Origin: Fonticula alba ATCC 38817
Taxonomy: Eukaryota; Protista; Nucleariida
Length of the DNA stretch: 27,266 nucleotides
Assembly: GCA_000388065.2 (NCBI GenBank)
Contig: KB932214.1
Strand: one strand, 5' to 3'
Shown: positions 1 to 8,297 of the stretch, piece by piece
Position numbering within the stretch: the first letter of the stretch is position 1
Layout: every line of letters begins with the position of its first letter
Made by a program: the position numbers and the translations under genes
Notes under the pieces: generated by a model
The model's database searches: none
The model's input: the letters and a program-made list of their open reading frames with translations, nothing else
Told to the model about the DNA's origin: nothing

Positions 1-140
1 CAGAACAGCCACCGACCAGCCACAGAACAGCCACCGACCAGCCATCGAGCAGCCACCGACCAGCCACCGACCAGCCACCGACCAGCCACCGACCAGCCAC
101 CGACCAGCCACCGACCAGCCACCGACCAGCCACCGAGCAG
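1..140. repeat. 11-bp minisatellite (CAGCCACCGAC), 12 full units plus partials, in ASPM intron 7
   Basis: Units at 6-16, 17-27 ... 127-137, with variants CAGCCACAGAA, CAGCCATCGAG and CAGCCACCGAG; runs off the window edge. Confidence 0.95.
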
Positions 141-177
141 GAAGAAGGACACAACAGCAGCACACGCATGGACGCAC

Positions 178-3100
178 CCTGGAACAGCTCGATGAGGTCC
201 TCGCGCACGACGACCGTGTCGCGGTCGCGCAGCCGGCGGAGGTCGCGCGCCTGGCACCGGGCCCGGTACCCGCGCCAGGTGGCCTGGATCAGGCAGGCAG
301 CCTGGTGGGCCCGGGCCCGGTTGGCCAGCTGCTGGTCTTGAAGCCGGCGAGCGTGGGCCCGCCGGGCCACCTGCTGGCTGGCCAGCCGGGCCCGGGTGGC
401 TGCCTGCAGCTGGCACAGGGCGTGGACTTGGGCCCGGGTCCGGGCCAGGGCCCGGGCCGCGCGCACATGGCGGAAGTGACTTTGCAGGTGGGTGATCGCC
501 GCCAGGCGCTGGGCTTCCAGGTCGCCGGCGGCGGCCCGGACCCGGCGTTGGGCCGTCAGGCGCCGCGCCGCCGCCTGCAGCCGACCGGCCGCCTCGAAGC
601 GCAGGGCCACCCGGCGGAAGGCCAGCTGCTGGCGCAGGGCCGCGGCCAGGATGTGCGCGGCATCACGCTCGGCCGCCAGGCGCACCCGGGCCCGGTGCGC
701 CAGCAGCCCGGCCACCAGGGTGGACCCGGCCCAGGCCCGGTCCCGGACGACGGCCAGCTGGTGCGCCTCCCGGCGGGCCAGCCAGTGGCGAACCCCATGC
801 TGCAGGTAGACCACGGCCGAGCGCGAGCACAGCAGCGCCGACTCGCAGAAGGCCCCGCGCACGGCATTCTGCAGGGTGAAGACCGCCTGCCGGCGCTCGG
901 CCAGCGAGGCATCGGCCAGGCGCCGGCGCACGGCCGCCTGCAGGCGGGCCACCGCCCGCACCGGCCGCAGGGCCGCCCGCACCCGGTGCCCCCGCCAGGC
1001 GGCCTGGATGCGCGTGGCCGCCTGCCGGGCGGCCAGATTCCGCAGGGCCGCCTGCCGGGCCAGATGCTCGCGGGCGGCCGTTTGCAGGATGAGCGCCGCC
1101 TGCCCGGCCAGGCGCAGCCGGCGCCGGGCCAGATGCTGCCGCCCGGCCACGGCCAGGCTTCGGATGGCGCCGACCCGGCGCCGAACCAGATGCCCCCGAA
1201 GGTGCGCCGAAAAGCCGGTCATCAGCCGCCGCAGCCGGCCGAGGTGCGTGTCCGAGGGGGCGGGGCCGCCGGCGGTGCGAGCCCCCGCCGGGGGGGGCTT
1301 GCCACCGGCCCCGGCTGGCCAGGGAGCCGCATGCTCGCTGCCATGGCCGGCCTCGGCCCCGGCCCCGGCCGCCGGCCAGTGGGCGCCATTGGCCACGGTG
1401 CCGGCCACCCGCCGGGCCTGGCGCTCACGCCAGCGCCGCTGAATGATGGCCGCGGCCTGGTGCCCGGGGCCGCCGCGCGCCAGGGCAAAGTGCGCCACGT
1501 GCGCCAGCCACAGGAGAACCGCCTGCTCGGCGGGCTCCGTGCCGGAGAGGTCCTGCGGGCGCACTGCGCGCAGGGAGACAGGCAGGGGCAGCGGGCCAGG
1601 CGGCCGGCCGAGAGAGAGAGAGAGAGAGAGAGAGGTTAGCAAGGGGGAAGGGGCCCGGCTCACCGGGGACCGGGGGGGCGGGGGCGGGGGCGGGGGCAGA
1701 CAGAGCAGGGCGCGGGGGCGGAGCCGCCAAACGGCCTCCCCCCCCCCCCCCCCCCCTGCCGCGGGCAACGTACCCAGCACCGGGATGCCCAGCTGCTGGC
1801 AGGCGTGCGCCGCCAGGGCCAGGTTGAAGCGCTCATTCAGCAGGCGCTCCGGCCCGGAGTCCAGGGCGTCCGGGGCCTGGGCGCGGAAGTGCACGGAAAA
1901 CAGCGGCGGGAGCTGGTCGGCCCGGTGGCGCCGGGCCGCGGCCGCCTCCGGCCCGGTCAGCCCGGCCAGGGTCGGATCCAGCCGGCGCTCGGCCGCCGAC
2001 AGGGCCCGGTCGCCGGTGCGGGTGGTGTGCTGCCGGACCAGCTCCCAGGCCAGCTGCCCGGGGAAGTAGAAGGCCAGCAGGGCGCACAGGGCCCGGCCAT
2101 CGGCGAAGGACCCGGCCGCGTCGCGGACCACCAGCCCCGGGCCCCCCTGCGCGGCGCACACCGCCCGGGCCCAGTCCACCAGGTGGCTCAGCAGCGGGCT
2201 GTTCATGTAGAGAACCGCCGCGGCGGAGGCCGAGTCGTCGCCGAGCCCGGGGCCCGGCGGCGAGCCCGGCCCCGGCCCCGGCCCCGGGTCCGACAGCCGC
2301 GGCCGGGGGAGGCTGGAAGCCGGCGGCTCGGCCTCCGGCCCGGGGCGCTTGGCCCCCAGGCGCTTGGGGTCCTGGCCCGGGGAGCCGGCCCCGGGCGAGG
2401 GGGACCCGCCGGCCGACCGGGGGCCCTGGCGCCGGACCGCGGCCGCCTCGGCGGCCAGGCGCTCGGTCGACAGCAGCCGCGGCAGGGCGCCCCGCGCGAA
2501 GACCGACCACAGCACCCCGGCCGCGGTCCGGTCATCGCCGGAGGCCAGGCTGCGCCCGGTGGATGACAGCAGCCGCAGCCCGAGGGCCGCCTGGAGCTGC
2601 TGCAGGACGAAGTTCAAGTTGGCGAAGCGCTCGGCCGGGATCCGGGCCGGGAGTTGCAGGGACTGAGAAGGCAGGGGGGGGGGGGGGGGCGGGCAGGGTG
2701 AGTCCTGGGCCGGGGGTGGTGTCGAAGATGGAGACCCGCGGGCCGGGGCGAGTGGCGATGCCACAGGGGGGGAAATAGCTGGGCCAGGAGGGGGGGGGGA
2801 CACGCACATGGAGCAGGAGGTGCGCTCGTGTCGGGCGCAGAACCTCCAGCAGCCGGGCCAGCACCGCGCCGTCGGCCAGGTCCCGGCCGAGGTCCGACAC
2901 GTGCCACCGGCGCTCGTCGACCGGGCGCTGCTCGAACCAGCTGGGCGCGGCCCCGGCGTCGGTTTCCCCCAGCGAGAGGGTCGACAGGGACCGGGAGAAG
3001 TGGCCGTCCGGGCCGCCGGGGGAAGTGTCGCCGGCGGCCGGCGCGAGGACCGCGTCGGCCAGGCGTTCGGCCAGCTCCCCCTGGCAGGCAGACCGCCCGA

Positions 3101-4553
3101 AGAGGGTGAGCAATGCCCAGGTGGACTTCGCGGGGGCATCCTGTGTGTGTGTGTGTGTACATGCCACAAAGGCGGGGGGGGGAGGGGGTTGTGGAGAAAG
3201 GAAGAGCGACGCAAAGAGGGACGCCGACAGGGACACAGCGAGGGAAGACGTGTAAGAGGGGGCCGGGACGATCGAGCAAGGCCGGGGTCCCGGAGGTGGC
3301 GCACCCGCGGGAAGAGAAGGAAGTCGCGCTGCTGGCCGACGGGGGTATCGGCGGCGGCCGGAGCGTCAACCCCGGCCTCGGATCCGGGGCTGATGAAGAT
3401 CCGGCACTGCTTGGCCGCATCCAGGAAGAGGGCTATCTCCAGGAAGAGCCGGATGAAGTGCAGCCCACACATGATGGGGTACTCGCGACCGCCGCGGGCT
3501 CCCCGTGCGGCCGCGGGCCCGGCAAACTGCGATTCCAGGAAGGGGCTGGTCAGGACGTTCTGCGCGCCGGGTGGCCCGGCCGGCCGGGGCGCGCAAGACC
3601 AGCGCGAAGGGCACCACAGTCAGATCAAGTGGCCCGGGCGGCGGGGCGGGGCGGGGCAATGGACGCATGGAAAGGACGCGCCCGGCGCTTGCCAGGAGGG
3701 GCACGGAAGGGGGGGGGACATACCTGGAGGAGGACAGGCATCAGGTCGTCCGGCGAGGCGGCATCCAGCCGGTGCCACGGCTCGGCGGCCAGGCGGCCGT
3801 CGGCCGGGGTGTCGGCCGCCCGGTGGAGGATGCTCGGCCCGGCTTGCCACCGGTGCCGATTCAACACCAATGCCTCCAGGGCCAGCACCAGCCAGGGGAA
3901 GGTGAATTGCCGGAGCAGGAGCCCCAGGAGGTGGTCCTGGGCCGGGGCGACGCCCGGGTCGCCGGCCGGCCGCCAGGCCGCCAGAAGCCCCTCCGCCAGT
4001 CGCACTCGGCCGGATTGCGTGGCATCCGTCACTCGGCCAAGGGCCCGGCGGAGGTGGGCACTGGTCCGGCGAGCCAGCCCGGACATCGCCGACCCGCCGG
4101 CTGGGGGGTGGCCGCGCAGGAGGCCGAGGGCCTGCTCGTGCGCGTGTGCCGGGGTGCGCCAGCCCCGGGGCCCGACCGCGCTGGACCCCTGCGACCGGGC
4201 CGAGTGGTACTGCCCGCCGGAGGACGAAGCGCCGGATGCCCGGAGGGAGGGGGCTTTGCCGGCCGGGGGGAGGCCGGGCGCCATGCAGTCGTCCCACTCG
4301 CTGGAGATCTTTCACGGGGTGGGGAGGGGGAGCGCAGTCAGCGCAAGGGGGAGGGGGGGGGGCGAGGAGGGAGGGGAGGGTGACAGGGAGCAGGGGAGGG
4401 AGGCGGTTGCGGCGTACGCGGAAGTTGACCCATGCCGCGAGGGCCAGGAGGGATTTCTCCAGCTGCGAGGTGGCGGCCACCTCGGTGACGATGTCCAGGT
4501 CGGCCGGGTGCAGGGCCGGGCCGCCCGGGTCGCGCTGCTGCGGCTGCGGCTGC

Positions 4554-4603
<50 letters not shown>

Positions 4604-4952
4604 TTGCTGGTGTTGGAGCTGGTATTGGCGTTTCACTGGGGGAGGGGGGGGGGCGGGCGTGGGTGGAGGGTCACAGAGTCAGGGGCGAGGGGAAGTCGAG
4701 GGGGAGGGAGGGGGGGAGCGCGACGAGGGGATGCGTACTCTCGGCGACCGAGGGCCGGGGCGAGGGCGCGCCGGCAGCGGCGGAGGGGGCGATCGGTGGC
4801 CGGCTGGCCGGCGGCACTGGCCGTGCGAAGGGCAGCCCGGATCCGGCCGGCACGCTCCAGGCCGACGGTGTGCCAGGGGGCACGGCGCCCGGCCGACCGG
4901 CCGCAAGCTGAGGCGCAAAGCGGCCCCGGGGATCGGGGCCTCGGTCGGTCAT
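178..4952 (-). CDS. ASPM: ASPM/Asp abnormal-spindle family protein (2 CH domains + IQ array), 3'-partial. Exons 4952-4739, 4635-4418, 4308-3724, 3559-3305, 3140-2808, 2662-1774, 1563-178; ~1293 aa in the window; continues past the left edge
   Basis: Manual translation keeps one frame across all six internal GT-AG introns (phases 1,0,0,0,0,1). Blocks occur in ASPM order: LEKSLLALAAWVNF; DHLLGLLLRQFTFPWLVLALEAL; FIRLFLEIALFLDAAK; DAPAKSTWALL..GELAERL; HVSDLGRDLADGAVLARLLEVL (CH1); LVDWARAVC..SFADGRALCALLAFYFP (CH2); NERFNLALAAHACQQLGIP; PAEQAVLLWLAHVAHFAL..AAAIIQRRWR; then IQ repeats. A donor GTGCGT at 177 opens a further intron. The start ATG at 4952 and the AAG acceptor before 4308 are the least certain boundaries. 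Confidence 0.88.
250..1455 (-). other. IQ calmodulin-binding repeat array of the ASPM homolog (10 [IL]QxxxR motifs plus ~4 degenerate units)
   Basis: Read directly: IQRRWR, LQTAAR, IQAAWRGHRVR, LQAAVR, LQNAVRG, LQHGVR, LQAAAR, LQSHFR, LQAATR, IQATWRGYRAR. Confidence 0.85.
1483..2905 (-). other. Tandem calponin-homology domains of the ASPM homolog (CH1 ~2905-2490, CH2 ~2200-1483; both interrupted by introns)
   Basis: CH signatures DLADGAVLARLLEVL...ERFANLNFVLQQL...GVLWSVF and LVDWARAVC...SFADGRALCALLAFYFP...NLALAAHACQQLGIP; matches the ASPM CH pair as I recall it. Confidence 0.8.
4556..4600 (-). repeat. Pure (CAG)15 coding repeat (polyQ) in ASPM exon 2
   Basis: (CTG)15 on the + strand; encodes Q15 followed by PQPQPQ. 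Confidence 0.95.
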
Positions 4953-5604
4953 GCTTTCGCAGGGAGGCGGCCGCGTGTGTGCGTGTATGTGGGCGCGTGC
5001 GGAGGGCCGGATGGGCGGGCGGGCGGGCGGGCGGGCGGGCGGGCGGGCAGGTGGCCGACGACGGCCGGCAAGGAGGACAAAGGAAGGGACAGCAAGGAGC
5101 AGGCACCGGGGGGCGAGGGCAGGGGAGAGTGGAGGGGGGGGGGGAGGGAGCGAGATGCGGGCGCCCCGCAGGGGGGCCTCGGGAGCAGCGGGCGGCCTCT
5201 TGTCCTTGATGCGCCCGATGCCCGGCTCTGGCGATCTGGTCGCGCCGTGTGGCCCGCCCGCGCTCGGCCAGCGGCCGCGCCTTCTCGCCGCCACCGGGCG
5301 GGGGGGGGGGGGGGGGGGGGGCAGGCACCGCGGCGGGCCAGATCTTGCCCGAACGAAACCGCCGTGCACGGTTGGCAGTTTGATTCCCGGCCGCCCTTGT
5401 AACCGTGTGGGGCCCGGGTTGCGGGCTTTCCCTTGCTCCGGCCTCTCGGCCAGGGGACCGATCGCGCGCTGCCAGCGCATGGCCCGTGATCCGTGTCGGT
5501 GTGGCGCGTGATACGCGCTCACGGGTGGCGTCTGCTGTGCCGTGGCTTCTCCATTTGGCGGCGGGGGGGGGTGGAAAGGAAGAGGACGCGCGCATATAAC
5601 TGGT

Positions 5605-5615
5605 GGATTTTAAAT
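5605..5615 (+). promoter_or_regulatory. CHR-like element GGATTTTAAAT (TTTAAA at 5609-5614) in an AT-rich island upstream of ASPM
   Basis: Exact CHR-variant hexamer in a very GC-rich intergenic region; function inferred only. Confidence 0.3.
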
Positions 5616-5733
5616 GAGGCTGATCCTTTGTTTTTTTCCCCTCCCCCCCCCCTGTCGTGGGGCACGCGCGGCCTAGACGCTGCGTGGGCTGGCCGGTTGC
5701 CTCATATTGCCCCTGTCACTGAGGGGCGGAGGG

Positions 5734-5765
<32 letters not shown>

Positions 5766-7004
5766 TCTCTGCCGCTCTTTCGCTGTGTTGAGGGCGCCTC
5801 GCGCCCGGACGCACCCCGGCGCGGCGCGCGCGCGCCAGTGTGGGAACCGAGCCGGGGCCTGTCGGAGGTCCGTCGGCACACTGGCCCCCAGCCTGGGGGC
5901 CGTGAAACACACAGGGGCTCAGCAGCACGGCCATGCTCCGGGCCCAATGCAAAGGCGCCCAGGGTTGCGGCGAATCGGCGGCCGGATGCTAAACGCCGCG
6001 GGGGCCGCCCGGCGCCGGAGTACCAAGCATCTGGGCCCGGCGCCTGGTCGTGCTGGATGGTGGGGGGCCGGCAGGGCGGCCTTTCTCCGGGCGGAGAACC
6101 GCCGGGTTTCGGAAATGTGTGCGGGACCACCCCGCAGCCGGCTCGGGGGGGGGGGGGGGTGCGACGCGGAGGGCGCGAGGACTAGCCCGGTGCGTGCGCG
6201 CGCGCGCGCATGCCCCGGCGTAGCCGCGACCAAGAGGCCCGGGAAGAAGGGGCATCCGTCCGCATTGGTCTCCCCCCGGGGGGGGGCGGGCGGGCCGCGC
6301 GAGCAAGGCCCATATTGTCGTGCGGTCTAGCATCTGCCCCGGGGCAGGGTGGACGACGGGGGGCGGGGGCGCATTGGCTTGGAGGCGGTCTGGCTGCGCG
6401 GGCTGGAGCCCCTCTCTGCGGGCCGCGGCCGCGGCCGCGCGAAGGCCCGCAGGGGCGAGGGTGCGGCAGGGCGTCGGGGCGAACAGCGCGGGCGCGTGTC
6501 GGGAAATGCCGACTGCCATTCCGGCCGGCGGGCTGGTGTGTCTGCGGGGCTGCGCCGGCGGTCCGGGCTGCGGCCGGCTGCCGGCACATGCTTCGATGCT
6601 TGGGGGCCGTGTGCCCGGCCGCGGGAGGGCCCCGCCCACGGGGGGAGGTGCTGCGCCGTCCGGGCGCCGGCACGGCGACGCGCCGACTGACGTGCGCGTG
6701 TGTGTGTGTGTGTGTTTGTGGCTTTTCCGGGGGAGCGGCCCCCCCCCCCCCGCCCCCCCCCCCCCCCCCCCCCCCCCCGCCGGGCGACTGCCAGGACGGA
6801 AGAAGGCCCTCGCCGGCGGGGCCCGCCTCCGGGTCGGCGAGGACGCATTCCTCTGCCCCCGGCTGGCGGTCGGGAACCGAAGGGACGAGGGGGAGGCGGG
6901 GGGCCTTCTCTCCGGGGCTCCCCCGAGGGCGACTCTGTGCCGACGCACGAAGGTGTGTGTGTGTGTGTGTGCGCGCCGGGTTGCGTCGCCTGTCTGGGCG
7001 TTAT

Positions 7005-7032
7005 TTTCCCGGGGGGGATTTTGAATTTTAAA
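7005..7032 (+). promoter_or_regulatory. E2F-like TTTCCCGG followed by tandem CHR-like TTTGAA (7020-7025) and TTTAAA (7027-7032) in the ASPM/CDC25 divergent intergenic region
   Basis: Sequence TTATTTTCCCGGGGGGGATTTTGAATTTTAAAA; function inferred only. Confidence 0.35.
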
Positions 7033-7365
7033 AACTCGAGGCCGACACGCGCCGCCGGGCCGCACGGCCAGGGGACCCGGCGGCTGGCGCCCACAGGGGG
7101 AGGGGCGCGGCCCAGGAGGGGGCGCATCATGCCGGTGGTGGTGGTCCCAGCCTGGGGGGGGCGGGCTTTCTGTGGAGGCCGCTCCGCACGGCGGCGGGGG
7201 CGGCCGCCCCGCGCGTGCACGACACAAGGGCCCCAAGCCTGCGCCCCGGTGGGTGGCCCCTCTCCCGAGGCCGGGCCTGCGCGCGGTCCGGGGCCCCGGG
7301 GGCAGGAGAGCAGGGAAGGGCCCGAGCGGCAGATGCCTGGCATGCGTTTGCAACGAGGGAGGGGG

Positions 7366-7412
<47 letters not shown>

Positions 7413-8297
7413 CAGCCGCCCGGGCAACTCCCAGCGGATATCCTGCCCCACATCCCGGCGCATGTGTGGGCGCTCGCGACCGCTTGCGCGGCTCGCCCCC
7501 GTCCCCGGGGTGTTCCGCTGCCCCCCCCCCCCCCTGGCCCCGGCGGGCGGGCCTATTCTCCCCGTCTTGTGGGGGCTTTAGAAACAGGTGTATCTTTTTT
7601 TTTCTTTCTTTGCGCGCCGCACGCTCACCTGGCTCGCCGCCCCCGCCCCGTCTCCGGTGACGGGAGAGCCGGAGGCCTGGTGCGCCCAGGGGCTCGCTCG
7701 CTCGCTCGCTCGCCCCCCGCCCCGCCCCTTCCCCGGCCCGGCGTCCGTGTAGGCGATCTTTCCCGGTCATCGGCCTGGCTGGGCAGGCACCCACTTCAGC
7801 CGGGCCCGGCGCATGCCCGCGTCCCTATGCCCGTCCTGCCGCTTCTCGCCGGGCCCCAGGCTGAAGATCCCAGCCCCCGAGAGAAGCTCACACACAGACG
7901 CACACACCGCCCGCGGGCACTGCGAGGGAACGGCGGGGGCAGGGGGAGGCCTGAAGTCGGGCCGATCTGCGTCTAACTCCCCGCCACACGCGCACCGCGC
8001 CTCCCCCCATCTCTCCCCCTGTTGCCACGCACACCCATCCATATACACATCACGCACCGACACCTCCCTCCGCTCAGCTCCCCTCCCTCCGCCTCATACA
8101 CGTCAACGCCGCCGCCGCCGCCGCCGCCACCGCCCCTGCCCTCGGCACCGACGCCTGCACGTGCAGACACACACACACACACACACGCATACTGCCCAGC
8201 ACACGCACGCACGTGCCACCGCCACCGCTGCGCGCCCGGCTGTTCGCCGCCCCCTCCTCGGGTGCCCTGCCCCGGCCTCGCGCGCGCGCGTAGCGCC

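Noticed and set aside
1-140. CRISPR-like repeat array
   Set aside because: Contiguous 11-bp tandem units without spacers, in a eukaryotic intron.
305-1639. 444-aa plus-strand ORF and other plus ORFs over 305-5209
   Set aside because: Antisense shadows of ASPM exons; low-complexity G/P/R/Q translation with no motifs.
4820-4880. WHTVGLERAGRIRAALRT as a remnant ASH-domain strand upstream of ASPM exon 2
   Set aside because: It is in a frame whose phase at donor 4738 is incompatible with exon 2, and the similarity is too short.
5944-6377. Three CCAAT boxes (5944, 6264, 6373) as NF-Y support for a CHR promoter
   Set aside because: CCAAT/ATTGG also occurs several times in 15.7-19.9 kb, and the spacing does not match the tight periodicity of mammalian G2/M promoters; not discriminating.
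5989-7976. Multiple 200-600 aa ORFs in the ASPM/CDC25 intergenic region
   Set aside because: They translate microsatellites and homopolymers (THTH, CVCV, poly-G/P); stop scarcity is due to GC content.
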